Assembly (NCBI GenBank): GCA_018817025.1
Contig: JAHIUU010000001.1
Location: 6,852 to 70,851 of the forward strand
DNA length: 64,000 bases
Direction of reading: 5' to 3'
From: Candidatus Babelota bacterium
Lineage (GTDB): Bacteria; Babelota; Babeliae; Babelales; JAHIUU01
Of the stretch, positions 9,946 through 19,340 are shown in pieces. Position numbers and translations under genes: made by a program. Every line of letters begins with the position of its first letter. The first letter of the stretch is position 1. Under the pieces are notes generated by a model. It made no database searches, was not told the origin of the DNA, and saw only the letters and a program-made list of their open reading frames with translations.

Positions 9946-10251
9946 TCACTTAATCTCAACATCAACACCGGCAGAAATATTCAGTCGCATCAACGCATCC
10001 ATCGTCTGTTCTGCTGGAGAAACAATATCTAAAATACGCTTATGGGTCACCAATTCAAACTGCTCTCGAGACTTCTTGTCAACATGCGGAGAGCGCAACA
10101 CCGTGAAACAGCGATTCTTATTTGGGAGTGGAACAGGTCCCAATACACTGGAACCTGTTCTTCTCGCTGTCAAAACAATCTGTTTCACCGCATTATCAAG
10201 CAGCTGGTGATCATAAGACTTTAAGGTCAACCGTATCTTTTGTCTTTTCAT
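9946..10251 (-). CDS. rpsJ: 30S ribosomal protein S10
   Basis: Contains [22 protein letters not shown]...[15 protein letters not shown], the S10 pattern. Confidence 0.97.
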   Translation of the reverse strand: MKRQKIRLTLKSYDHQLLDNAVKQIVLTARRTGSSVLGPVPLPNKNRCFTVLRSPHVDKKSREQFELVTHKRILDIVSPAEQTMDALMRLNISAGVDVEIK

Positions 10252-10254
10252 AAA

Positions 10255-11448
10255 TTACTCAACAATCTCTTTAACAACACCGGCTCCAATTGTCTTGCCA
10301 CCTTCGCGAATAGCAAACTTGAGACCGACATCCATGGCAACCTTGCTAACAAGCTCAACACTAAGTTCAACGTTGTCATCACCAGGCATAACCATCTCGC
10401 GCCCCTCTGGCAACGTCACTGAACCGGTGACATCGGTTGTTCTGAAGTAGAACTGTGGTCGATAGCCACTAAAAAACGGGCTATGTCGGCCACCCTCTTC
10501 CTTCTTCAACACAACAACCTGACACTTGAATTTTGTATGAGGGGTTATCTTGCCAGGAGCAGTAAGAACCTGTCCTCGCTCAACGTCTTCTTTCTTAATT
10601 CCACGCAAAAGCAGTCCAACGTTGTCGCCGGCTTGTCCTTCACCAAGTTCTTTATTAAACATTTCAACGCCAGTAACCGTCGTCTTAAGCGTGTCTCTAA
10701 ACCCGACAACCTCGACTTCTTCACCAACCTTAACAATACCTTGCTCAATACGACCAGTAACAACTGTTCCACGACCAGAGATCGAGAAAACGTCTTCAAC
10801 TGGCATCAAGAAAGGCTTGTCGGTCTCACGCTTAGGAGTTGGAATATAGGTATCAACCGCTTCCATCAACCTCGTGATCGACCCAGCACCGATATCAGAA
10901 GTATCACCCTCTAACGCCTTGAGTGCGGAACCCTTAATAACAGGAATCTCTTCCCCAGGAAAACCATAACTGGTTAACAACTCACGAACCTCTTCTTCAA
11001 CCAACTCGATCATGTCTGGGTCATCAACCATGTCGACCTTGTTTAAGTAGACAACAATCGCAGGAACGTTAACCTGGCGAGCGAGGAGGATATGCTCTCT
11101 TGTTTGAGGCATAGGCCCATCTGCCGCAGAAACAACCAGAATCGCTCCGTCCATCTGCGCCGCACCGGTGATCATATTTTTAACATAATCAGCGTGTCCT
11201 GGGCAGTCGACGTGCGCATAGTGGCGCTTGTCGGTTTCATATTCAACATGAGAAGCCGCAATCGTAATACCACGCTCTCTTTCCTCAGGAGCATTATCAA
11301 TTTGGTCAAACGCCTTGAACTCGGCCCCACCCTTTTCTGAAAGCACCTTGGTTATTGCCGCGGTCAGTGTTGTTTTACCATGGTCAACATGTCCAATGGT
11401 TCCAACATTACAGTGTGGCTTTGTTCTTTCAAATTTACCTTTTGCCAT
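10255..11448 (-). CDS. tuf: Elongation factor Tu
   Basis: [54 protein letters not shown] and NKVD motifs. Confidence 0.99.
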   Translation of the reverse strand: MAKGKFERTKPHCNVGTIGHVDHGKTTLTAAITKVLSEKGGAEFKAFDQIDNAPEERERGITIAASHVEYETDKRHYAHVDCPGHADYVKNMITGAAQMDGAILVVSAADGPMPQTREHILLARQVNVPAIVVYLNKVDMVDDPDMIELVEEEVRELLTSYGFPGEEIPVIKGSALKALEGDTSDIGAGSITRLMEAVDTYIPTPKRETDKPFLMPVEDVFSISGRGTVVTGRIEQGIVKVGEEVEVVGFRDTLKTTVTGVEMFNKELGEGQAGDNVGLLLRGIKKEDVERGQVLTAPGKITPHTKFKCQVVVLKKEEGGRHSPFFSGYRPQFYFRTTDVTGSVTLPEGREMVMPGDDNVELSVELVSKVAMDVGLKFAIREGGKTIGAGVVKEIVE

Positions 11449-11485
11449 TGTACAACCTTTCTTATCATCGTTGAGGCTACGCCTC

Positions 11486-13555
11486 TTACTTTTGTTGACT
11501 CAGTATCGTCTCTTGCACGTTATCAGGAACCTCTCGGTACGCCTCAAACTGCATCGAGTAACTCGCTCTTCCCTTTGTCATGGAACGCAACGACGTTGCG
11601 TACCCAAACATCTCTCCGAGCGGAACCTCCGCCTCGATAACCTGCACCCCTTTTCTTTCGCTCATCCCTAAAATCCTTCCACGGCGCGAGCTAAGGTCAC
11701 CCATCACGTCGCCCATGTGCTCTTCAGGCGTCACCGCCTCGACCTTCATGATCGGCTCAAGCAGCACAGGTCTTGCCCTGCGCATACCATCCTTAAACGC
11801 CATAGAAGCAGCAATCTTAAATGCCAACTCTGATGAGTCAACATCGTGAAACGATCCGTCATAGACAGCAACTTTGACGTCAACAACCGGGTAGCCGGCC
11901 AGAACTCCTGCCGTCAAAGCCTCCTTCACACCCTTCTCGATACCCGGGATGAACTCCCGAGGAATCGTGCCGCCAGTAATTTTATTTTCAAACTCGAATC
12001 CGACGCCTCGCTCTTGCGGCTCCATACGCAACCAAACATGCCCGTATTGGCCATGTCCACCGGACTGCCGAATAAACTTGCCCTCAGATTCTATCTTCTC
12101 GCGGAACGTCTCTTTGTACGCCACCTGAGGTTTGCCGACATTCGCCTCGACTTTGTGCTCTCGCAACAACCGGTCAACGATAATCTCTAGGTGGAGCTCG
12201 CCCATACCGGAGATAACGGTCTCGCCAGTTTCCTCATCAATCGTAAATCGAAACGATGGATCCTCCTGCATCAGCTTGCGCAACGCATTGGACATCCTCT
12301 CGTAATCACCCTTGCCTTTTGGCTCGATTGCGACCTTGATAACCGGCTCAGGACACTCGATTGACTCGAGCAGGAGCGGAGAATCTGCGATACACAAGGT
12401 ATCACCCGTTCCAACATCCTTCATGCCAACAATACCGACAATGTCACCCGCGTGAGCGGTCTTTAACTCTTCCCGCTTGTTTGAGTGCATCTTGAGCAGA
12501 CGACTGACTCGTTCTTTTTTATCTTTCGATGCGTTATACACGTACGAACCAGCATCGATCCTACCAGAATAGATCCGTGCAAATGCTAAAGACCCAACAA
12601 ATGGATCCATCATAATTTTAAACGCCAATGCACAAAAAGGTCCGGCAGGGTCACACTCTCTTATTTCAGTCTGATCGTTGTCTGGATTGATTCCCTCGAT
12701 CGCAGGAACCTCAAGCGGTGATGGCATATAATCAACAACGGCATCGAGCATCAACTGAACGCCTTTGTTCTTAAACGCCGACCCGCAGAACATTGGGGTT
12801 ACCAACTGCGCCACAACACCTTTTCTTAACGCCAACTTTATCTTATCAATGGCTAGAGCCTCGCCGTTCAAATACTTTTCGGCAAGATCGTCATCAAAGT
12901 CACACGCACGTTCAACGATCAGCTCATAAAGCTCTTCGACTTGATCGGCATACTCAGCAGGAACCTCTTTCCACTCAACATTCTCGCCCATACTGCCTTC
13001 AAAAACAGCCATGCGCTTCGTTAAGACGTCGATGACCCCAAAAAAGTTTTCCGCTTGCCCTACAGGTATCTGCATTGCAAGCGGACTTCCGTTCAATTTT
13101 TCTTCTACTTCCTTAACGACTGAAAAGTAGTCAGCCCCAACCCGGTCCAACTTATTAACGAACGCCATTCTCGGTACTTTATATCGGTCAGCCTGTCTCC
13201 AGACCGTCTCTGACTGCGGCTCGACACCGCCAACACCACAAAAAACAGCGACCGCGCCGTCTAAAACTCGCAGCGATCGCTCAACCTCTATCGTGAAGTC
13301 AACGTGCCCCGGGGTATCAATGATATTAATCTGATGATCCTTCCAAAAACAGGTGGTCGCAGCCGATGTGATCGTGATGCCACGCTCCTGCTCCTGAACC
13401 ATCCAGTCCATGACAGCCTCGCCCTCATGAACTTCCCCAATCTTGTGCGACACGCCAGTGTAAAAAAGCACTCGCTCGGTCACCGTCGTCTTGCCCGCAT
13501 CGATGTGGGCCATAATCCCGATATTTCTGTATGATTTTAATTTATCTTTACTCAT
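11486..13555 (-). CDS. fusA: Elongation factor G
   Basis: 689 aa with [44 protein letters not shown] and NKLDR motifs. Confidence 0.99.
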   Translation of the reverse strand: MSKDKLKSYRNIGIMAHIDAGKTTVTERVLFYTGVSHKIGEVHEGEAVMDWMVQEQERGITITSAATTCFWKDHQINIIDTPGHVDFTIEVERSLRVLDGAVAVFCGVGGVEPQSETVWRQADRYKVPRMAFVNKLDRVGADYFSVVKEVEEKLNGSPLAMQIPVGQAENFFGVIDVLTKRMAVFEGSMGENVEWKEVPAEYADQVEELYELIVERACDFDDDLAEKYLNGEALAIDKIKLALRKGVVAQLVTPMFCGSAFKNKGVQLMLDAVVDYMPSPLEVPAIEGINPDNDQTEIRECDPAGPFCALAFKIMMDPFVGSLAFARIYSGRIDAGSYVYNASKDKKERVSRLLKMHSNKREELKTAHAGDIVGIVGMKDVGTGDTLCIADSPLLLESIECPEPVIKVAIEPKGKGDYERMSNALRKLMQEDPSFRFTIDEETGETVISGMGELHLEIIVDRLLREHKVEANVGKPQVAYKETFREKIESEGKFIRQSGGHGQYGHVWLRMEPQERGVGFEFENKITGGTIPREFIPGIEKGVKEALTAGVLAGYPVVDVKVAVYDGSFHDVDSSELAFKIAASMAFKDGMRRARPVLLEPIMKVEAVTPEEHMGDVMGDLSSRRGRILGMSERKGVQVIEAEVPLGEMFGYATSLRSMTKGRASYSMQFEAYREVPDNVQETILSQQK

Positions 13556-13564
13556 TTTTCCAAC

Positions 13565-14047
13565 CTACCACGCATAATGCGAGAACGCGCGATTCGCTTC
13601 TGCCATTCTGTGTACATCACTCTTTTTCTTTGCCGCTGAACCATGCCCCTCAACCGCGTCGAGCAACTCGCTTGCCAACCGCTTTCCCATAGTCTTATCG
13701 TTTCGAGCCGCCGCCGCCTTGATTAGCCAGCGCAGAGAGAGAGCAAGTGCCCGCTGAGGACGAACCTCAACCGGAATCTGATAGACACCGCCACCAACTC
13801 GTCTGGACTTGACCTCAACACTTGGCCTGAGCGATTCAACCGCCCTCTCAAACAACGTGCAAGCTTGGTCATCGTTGATCTTCTTTCTTTGAGCAACGAT
13901 ATCAAGCGCCTCGTACACGATCGCCTGAGCGACATGCTTCTTGCCGCGCTCCATGACCATATTAATCAATCGTTGCACCAGTGGAGATCCAAACCGAACG
14001 TCCACGCCTATATCTCGCCTTAAATTAACTGATTTGCGTCTTGGCAT
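13565..14047 (-). CDS. rpsG: 30S ribosomal protein S7
   Basis: [21 protein letters not shown] and the C-terminal HRMAEANRAFSHYAW are typical of S7. The start overlaps the rpsL stop by 1 nt (TAATG). Confidence 0.97.
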   Translation of the reverse strand: MPRRKSVNLRRDIGVDVRFGSPLVQRLINMVMERGKKHVAQAIVYEALDIVAQRKKINDDQACTLFERAVESLRPSVEVKSRRVGGGVYQIPVEVRPQRALALSLRWLIKAAAARNDKTMGKRLASELLDAVEGHGSAAKKKSDVHRMAEANRAFSHYAW

Positions 14048-14427
14048 TAGCTACCCCCCTTCTTTCGCTTCACGCCATACAGCGATCGAGATTGAGATCG
14101 TCCCTCAACCCCTGCCGTATCAAGCGCTCCACGAACAACATGATACTTTACACCTGGAAGATCCTTCACCCTGCCACCACGAACAAGCACGATCGAGTGC
14201 TCCTGTAGATTGTGCCCTTCGCCGGGAATGTACGCTGTAACCTCTTTGCCACCCGCCAATTTGACACGAGTAACCTTTCGCAGAGCCGAGTTTGGTTTTT
14301 TCGGCGTAACCGTGTAAACACGTACGCAGACACCACGCTTCTGGGGACAATTGCTAAGCGCAGGAGATTTCGTTTTCTTCGCGGTTCGTCTTCGTTTAAA
14401 ACGAACCAATTGACTTATCGTTGGCAT
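14047..14427 (-). CDS. rpsL: 30S ribosomal protein S12
   Basis: [15 protein letters not shown]...[17 protein letters not shown] is the S12 pattern. Confidence 0.98.
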   Translation of the reverse strand: MPTISQLVRFKRRRTAKKTKSPALSNCPQKRGVCVRVYTVTPKKPNSALRKVTRVKLAGGKEVTAYIPGEGHNLQEHSIVLVRGGRVKDLPGVKYHVVRGALDTAGVEGRSQSRSLYGVKRKKGGS

Positions 14428-14561
14428 AGGGGAAGACCTCGACTAAAAATTCTTTCAAATTACCTACCACAAAACAAAACGGGGCGGAAAAGCTCCGTAG
14501 CCCCGTGCAAACCGTAAGTTTGCCGCAATTTATTGGAAAAAATCGCCATTTGATGATATCA

Positions 14562-14589
14562 ATTCTACCCTTTTTTACGATTTTTTCAA
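14562..14589 (-). promoter_or_regulatory. Candidate sigma70-type promoter of the rpsL super-operon (TTGAAA-16 nt-TAGAAT on the minus strand)
   Basis: Hexamers read from the reverse complement: -35 TTGAAA (14584-14589) and -10 TAGAAT (14562-14567) with a 16-nt spacer. It lies ~135 nt upstream of the rpsL ATG. The context is AT-rich, so a chance match is possible. Confidence 0.35.
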
Positions 14590-14714
14590 GCAAAAAATAT
14601 TTGTTTCGTTCTTTTTTTAGAGCCTACAAAAAACCGTTCTCTTGAACATGACACCACGCTCACCATACGCTATTATTTAACCATGTCCATCACCAAAAAA
14701 TAAGGGCGTCCGTA

Positions 14715-15527
14715 GTGAGAAAGCGATATCTACTTATAACTCTTCTCTTTTTTACCACAAACGCAGCTCGACCGACAGCTATCGACAGCGCCGTTACAAC
14801 CTCTGGGCCGATCGTCGCAACACTTAGTAGCGCAGCAGCTCTCTACTGCTACTACAAAGAACGGATGCTGCTCAAAGAACTAGGCCTGCTTCTTATCAAA
14901 GATGATCGCGATATACTCGAAAAGAAAATATCCCAATTCTCGACCGCAAAATGGGTGCTTTGCGGGGCAGCGCTGGCCTCGACTATAGCGACCATCATCT
15001 GCAATATGCGTATAAACCAAGAAGAAGTAGCACGCCAGAACCTAGAGCGTGAAATTGAGGATGCTCTGATTTTGGCTGAGACAGAATCGATCATGACAAA
15101 AAAGATGACACTCGGTGAAAACATTAAAACAGAAATCGTAGCGCTTAAAGCACGCATCCTGACGCCAGAGATCCTTGGTAACCGGCTCAGGAAAAATCGC
15201 CACTCGATGAAAAAACTGCAACACATAAGTAAACACCCAGAGAAGCAGTTCCTACACAAAAAAATCGTCGTCAAACAAAAAGACCGCTGTCACAGATTCA
15301 TAAAAACCAATAAAAATAAAATAAAAAACAGAAAAAAGAGACTGGGGAAAAAAAACAAGAAACTTAAACAAAGACTTGAGGATCTCAAAGAGAAAATTAA
15401 TCTATATCAACTAATAAAACCAGAAACAGGGTACGAAAATCTCTTTGCAAAGTTCGACGCCCGCATCGATCACTTTCTTAACTCAGAAGAAGCATTGTTC
15501 CGTGAGCGTCTCAACAGAAATAATTAG
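14715..15527 (+). CDS. Hypothetical membrane or secreted protein with a Lys/Arg-rich C-terminal half (paralog of the next gene)
   Basis: 270 aa with a GTG start. It has a hydrophobic N-terminal signal (LLITLLFFTTNAA), two further hydrophobic segments, and a basic coiled-coil-like block (KNKIKNRKKRLGKKNKKLKQRLEDLKEK). I recognise no family. Confidence 0.6.
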   Translation: MRKRYLLITLLFFTTNAARPTAIDSAVTTSGPIVATLSSAAALYCYYKERMLLKELGLLLIKDDRDILEKKISQFSTAKWVLCGAALASTIATIICNMRINQEEVARQNLEREIEDALILAETESIMTKKMTLGENIKTEIVALKARILTPEILGNRLRKNRHSMKKLQHISKHPEKQFLHKKIVVKQKDRCHRFIKTNKNKIKNRKKRLGKKNKKLKQRLEDLKEKINLYQLIKPETGYENLFAKFDARIDHFLNSEEALFRERLNRNN

Positions 15528-15619
15528 CAACGGTATTGTTGTTCTATCGCAAAAACTTCGGTATATTTTGTGTATAACGTGTTATCGCTTATCAAAAACT
15601 ATACTTATTAGGAGACCGT

Positions 15620-16315
15620 ATGAAAAAATCGATGTTCTTTGTCGCATTTTTTTCGCTACTCATTAGCACTCCACAAACCATCCACCCAACAATCTCATCC
15701 AAAGCCATCTTTCCAGCAAGCACCGTACTTACTGTCGCTAGCGGCATCGCAACGGCCTACTACTATAAACAAGAAAAAGATCTTCTTCTCGAACTAGAAA
15801 GACTTTCTGAAACAGCGGCCGCGATCGAAAATTCTGTCATCGAGACAACGCCCAGTGAAATAGCAGCTCTCAAAGAAATAATCGAACAAAAAAGAACAGG
15901 TTTTCAAAAGCGCAAGTGGATCTTCGGTGGAGCAACGCTTCTAAGCTTACTTACGGCCGTGATCAGCGGCGTAAAGTCACGCCAACATTCCGAACAACCA
16001 ACTTCTGTTGATTCTCAAGAAAAAACCAAGCTGCTAAAAGAAACTACAGACCTGCTCGAACAAATCGCCGCCGCTATGAACACAACATCTAAAACCATCG
16101 TACAAACAATTAGAACATTGCTGGTAGATCTCGAACCACTAAGCAAGCAGGTACAAGAAAAAACCAGCACGCTTAACAATGAACTCCCCGAAGAAATCAC
16201 AGGTCTTCTCGGAACGAACACAAAAAAAACGGCGCTCCTGAAACAAATCGCATACAGCCTATCAGCAGGAACTGAGCCAACAGAAACCGAACCAACAGGA
16301 AAAACAGATGACTAA
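15620..16315 (+). CDS. Hypothetical membrane or secreted protein (paralog of the 14715-15527 product)
   Basis: 231 aa. An AGGAG SD sits 6 nt upstream of the ATG. The layout matches its neighbour: a signal peptide, SGIATAYYYKQEKDLLLELERL (compare SAAALYCYYKERMLLKELGLL), and RKWIFGGATLLSLLTAVI (compare AKWVLCGAALASTIATII). Confidence 0.65.
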   Translation: MKKSMFFVAFFSLLISTPQTIHPTISSKAIFPASTVLTVASGIATAYYYKQEKDLLLELERLSETAAAIENSVIETTPSEIAALKEIIEQKRTGFQKRKWIFGGATLLSLLTAVISGVKSRQHSEQPTSVDSQEKTKLLKETTDLLEQIAAAMNTTSKTIVQTIRTLLVDLEPLSKQVQEKTSTLNNELPEEITGLLGTNTKKTALLKQIAYSLSAGTEPTETEPTGKTDD

Positions 16316-17927
16316 AAAACTCGATACAAAGTTTATTGTTCTTACAGGCGGCGTCTGCTCATCAATAGGCAAAGGCGTCCTCGTTGCATCGATGGGAACA
16401 CTGCTCAAAAATGCTGGCTACTCCGTCAGCGTAGTCAAATGGGACCCCTATCTCAATGTAGACCCTGGAACAATGTCCCCCCTCGAACACGGCGAAGTGT
16501 TTGTCACCAACGACGGCGCCGAAACCGACCTCGATCTTGGCCACTATGAACGAGTGCTCGAAACACACCTAAGTGCCCTCTCGTCAGTCTCATCAGGCCA
16601 AATCTTCAAAGAGATCGTCGACAAAGAACGTAACGGCGAGTTTTTGGGTAAGTGCATTCAGCTGGTTCCGCATGTTGTTGACGCGATCAAGGCGCGACTT
16701 ATCGCTTTCGCCAAAAAAGAAAAAACCGATTTTGTTCTTCTAGAAATCGGTGGAACGGTCGGCGACATGGAAGGAGAAATCTTTCTTGAGTCGGTCAGAC
16801 AACTCAAAATGCAACTTGGCCCCCATCAGATGCTCCACAGTCACTTAAGCCTGGTCCCATATCTCAGCTGGGCAAATGAGATTAAAACGAAACCAACACA
16901 ACACAGTGTCATGACGCTCAAGCGGGCCGGCCTTGATCCAGACTGCCTATTCCTACGAACAATGCATAACATGGACAAGCAAGCAACGGACAAGCTGGCA
17001 ATCATGTGCGGCGTCGACAAAGAAATGATCTTTCAGGTCCCAACTTGCAGCCCTATCTATAAGCTCTTTATTAAACTGGCAAAACAAAATCTACACAAAA
17101 AGATTCAAGCTTGGATGGGTATTAAGCGACCAAAAGAAACCGACCTCTCACGCTGGAAAAATCTCATACAGTTAATCGAAAAGAAAAAGAAAAAAGTCAA
17201 AATTGGTCTAATCGCAAAATACGTTGGAAGAAGCGATCCATACATAAGCGTACTCGAAGCAATCAAGTCTGCCGCTTACGCGTGCAATCGTGATGTTGAA
17301 ATTGTCGTTATCGAGGCGGAAAAACTCGAAACCGAACGAGCAACAGGCGAGAGCTGGAAACAGCTTAAATCTCTTGATGGCATAGTAATCCCTGGCGGCT
17401 TCGACAAGCGGGGTATCGAAGGCAAAATCAAAGCAACAAAGTGGGCCCGAGAAAAAAACGTCCCTTTTTTGGGGCTCTGTCTCGGTATGCATGTTATGCT
17501 CATCGAATACGCTCGCTCAGTAATAAAACTCAAAGGCGCTTCCAGTACAGAATTTGACAAAAACTCGCCGCATCCCGTGATCTGCCTCATCGAAGAACAA
17601 CGAAAAATAACACAAAAAGGCGGCTCCATGAGACTCGGAGCCTATCCATGCACCCTCAAACCAAACACCATTGCACGTAAAGCATACGGAAAAAGTCTCA
17701 TTCAGGAACGACACCGCCATCGCTACGAAGTCAATAACGCCTATAAAGAGCAGTTTGAAAAAGGAGGGGTCGTGTTCTCAGGTATTTATAAAGACAAAGA
17801 TCTTGTGGAAATATCTGAGAATGCGACCCACAAATTCATGGTTGGCGTCCAGTTTCATCCAGAATTCCTTTCGACACCGCTCAAGCCACATCCGCTATTT
17901 AAAGCGTTCATGGAAGCTATCGTCTAG
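16308..17927 (+). CDS. pyrG: CTP synthase
   Basis: 539 aa with FIVLTGGVCSSIGKGVLVASMG, GTVGDMEGEIFLES, and a glutamine amidotransferase domain (GLCLGMH..., HRHRYEVN). Confidence 0.97.
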   Translation: MTKKLDTKFIVLTGGVCSSIGKGVLVASMGTLLKNAGYSVSVVKWDPYLNVDPGTMSPLEHGEVFVTNDGAETDLDLGHYERVLETHLSALSSVSSGQIFKEIVDKERNGEFLGKCIQLVPHVVDAIKARLIAFAKKEKTDFVLLEIGGTVGDMEGEIFLESVRQLKMQLGPHQMLHSHLSLVPYLSWANEIKTKPTQHSVMTLKRAGLDPDCLFLRTMHNMDKQATDKLAIMCGVDKEMIFQVPTCSPIYKLFIKLAKQNLHKKIQAWMGIKRPKETDLSRWKNLIQLIEKKKKKVKIGLIAKYVGRSDPYISVLEAIKSAAYACNRDVEIVVIEAEKLETERATGESWKQLKSLDGIVIPGGFDKRGIEGKIKATKWAREKNVPFLGLCLGMHVMLIEYARSVIKLKGASSTEFDKNSPHPVICLIEEQRKITQKGGSMRLGAYPCTLKPNTIARKAYGKSLIQERHRHRYEVNNAYKEQFEKGGVVFSGIYKDKDLVEISENATHKFMVGVQFHPEFLSTPLKPHPLFKAFMEAIV

Positions 17928-17930
17928 ATA

Positions 17931-17959
17931 TTGACCAGAAGGGCTTTTTATATTAGAAT
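17931..17959 (+). promoter_or_regulatory. Candidate sigma70-type promoter for rplM (TTGACC-17 nt-TAGAAT)
   Basis: -35 TTGACC (17931-17936), a 17-nt spacer, and -10 TAGAAT (17954-17959). It lies ~45 nt upstream of the rplM ATG. Confidence 0.45.
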
Positions 17960-18004
17960 ATCGTTGTTCTTATTTGGTTTTTTATATTATTTAGGATTTT
18001 TCCC

Positions 18005-18451
18005 ATGAACATGAATAGAACGTTTTTTTTACGAAAAGAAGACTGTAAAGCAGATTGGCACGTGATTGATGCATCAGACCAGGTTTTGGGTAGAATGGCA
18101 ACACAGATCGCCAACCTATTACGAGGCAAAGGCAAAGCAGCGTTCGCACCCCAAACCAATTGTGGCGACTACGTTATCGTTATTAACTGCGATAAGATCA
18201 AGCTTACCGGTGATAAATGGAACCAAAAAGTTTACAAACGTTTCTCAGGATGGCGAAGTGGTCTAAAATCTCGCACCGCTGAAGAAATGCTTGAAAAAAA
18301 ACCGACTGATATCGTTCGATTAGCTGTCAAAAGAATGCTTCCAAAAAATCGCCTCAGTAGCGAAGTTATCAACCGCTTAAAAGTCTACACAGGCGACCAA
18401 CACCCTCACATAGCACAAGTCACGACAACACAACAACAAAAAACTGCCTAA
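18005..18451 (+). CDS. rplM: 50S ribosomal protein L13
   Basis: Contains DWHVIDASDQVLGRMATQIANLLRGKGK...DYVIVINCDKIKLTG, the L13 pattern. Confidence 0.96.
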   Translation: MNMNRTFFLRKEDCKADWHVIDASDQVLGRMATQIANLLRGKGKAAFAPQTNCGDYVIVINCDKIKLTGDKWNQKVYKRFSGWRSGLKSRTAEEMLEKKPTDIVRLAVKRMLPKNRLSSEVINRLKVYTGDQHPHIAQVTTTQQQKTA

Positions 18452-18470
18452 TCCTACGGGCCAACCCTAG

Positions 18471-19340
18471 GTGAAAAATAACCAGACCCCCCAAAAAACA
18501 ATCAACTATGAGGTTTTTCTCGAGGGGGTTGGTGTTCATAGCGGTGAGCGCTCGGCCATCACACTCAGGCCGGCTCAGGAAAATTCCGGAATAACGCTTC
18601 TAAATAAAAAATTCCCCAACGATCTTCTCCAGATCGGAACAGTCGTGCCTGAACAAGCTATGCACGCAACGGTTTTGAAGGCAAAAACATGGGCTGTTAG
18701 CACGGTCGAGCACCTCATGGCCGCTATCCATGGGCTTGAAATTGACAACCTACTTGTTGAAATTGAAGGCTTTGAGCTACCGATTCTTGATGGCAGTGCG
18801 CTCCCTTTTGTCCAAGCAATTCAGGCTACAGGTCTTAAAATACAAATCGAGCCAAAACAATTTGTAACCCCAAAACAGACGCTTCGATTCGAAGAACAAA
18901 AAAAATACATCGAAATTCAACCAGCCAACAAAGATAACACTCTTTATTTTGACTACTCAGTCAACTTTGAACATCCGTTAGTCCGAGACAGTCGCATGAG
19001 CGGGAGTCTATCCCCAACCTACTTTACTCGAGAAATCGCACCAGCCAGGACCTTCGGTTTTCTTGAACAGCTTCCATTGCTGCGAAAACACGGCCTCGCG
19101 AAAGGTACAACCCTCGGGAACACCGTTGTAGTTGGCCAGGAAATTGTTTTGAATAGTCAGCGATTTGAGGACGAATTCATACGACACAAACTTCTTGATC
19201 TAATTGGCGACCTAACATTATTAGGAAAACCTCTTGCAGGAACAATCATCGCTCACAAAACCGGCCACAGCTTCACACGTAAGATAATCGAACACTCCAT
19301 ACAGCACCCCGATCAGTGGGAAGCGTTTACCTCAAAATAA
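18471..19340 (+). CDS. lpxC: UDP-3-O-acyl-N-acetylglucosamine deacetylase
   Basis: 289 aa with a GTG start. It carries GVGVHSGERSAITLRPA, TVEHLMAAIHGLEIDN, RHKLLDLIGDLTLLG and HKTGHSF, the LpxC signature blocks. Confidence 0.92.
   Translation: MKNNQTPQKTINYEVFLEGVGVHSGERSAITLRPAQENSGITLLNKKFPNDLLQIGTVVPEQAMHATVLKAKTWAVSTVEHLMAAIHGLEIDNLLVEIEGFELPILDGSALPFVQAIQATGLKIQIEPKQFVTPKQTLRFEEQKKYIEIQPANKDNTLYFDYSVNFEHPLVRDSRMSGSLSPTYFTREIAPARTFGFLEQLPLLRKHGLAKGTTLGNTVVVGQEIVLNSQRFEDEFIRHKLLDLIGDLTLLGKPLAGTIIAHKTGHSFTRKIIEHSIQHPDQWEAFTSK

Noticed and set aside
7516-9968. 5' extensions of rplB (to 8412), rplD (to 9381) and rplC (to 9968) in the ORF track.
   Set aside because: The extensions overlap the preceding ribosomal genes and encode non-conserved Cys/Arg-rich sequence. 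Canonical N-termini (MAIVKRKP, MSKVKMIN, MVRSLLGTKIGMTQ) begin at internal ATGs that abut the upstream stop codons.
833-11671. Many 60-160-aa ORFs on the plus strand inside secY, ribosomal protein genes, tuf and fusA (for example 833-1165, 4306-4725, 6280-6765, 10483-10914).
   Set aside because: They lie antisense to universally conserved genes and have no independent support. They are typical shadow ORFs.
14396-14593. A 65-aa minus-strand ORF spanning the rpsL start and leader.
   Set aside because: It overlaps the rpsL N-terminus in another frame and covers the predicted promoter and leader hairpins. No SD is present.
14428-14714. The 287-bp rpsL upstream spacer, considered as a possible SRP RNA, 6S RNA or other small RNA gene.
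   Set aside because: It has no match to the conserved SRP-RNA domain IV motif that I can recall. The only structures are two short hairpins, which a 5' leader explains better.
15552-15568. A short inverted repeat ATAAC-GT-GTTAT between the two paralogous orphan genes, considered as an operator.
   Set aside because: The arms are only 5 bp in AT-rich DNA, which is well within chance expectation.
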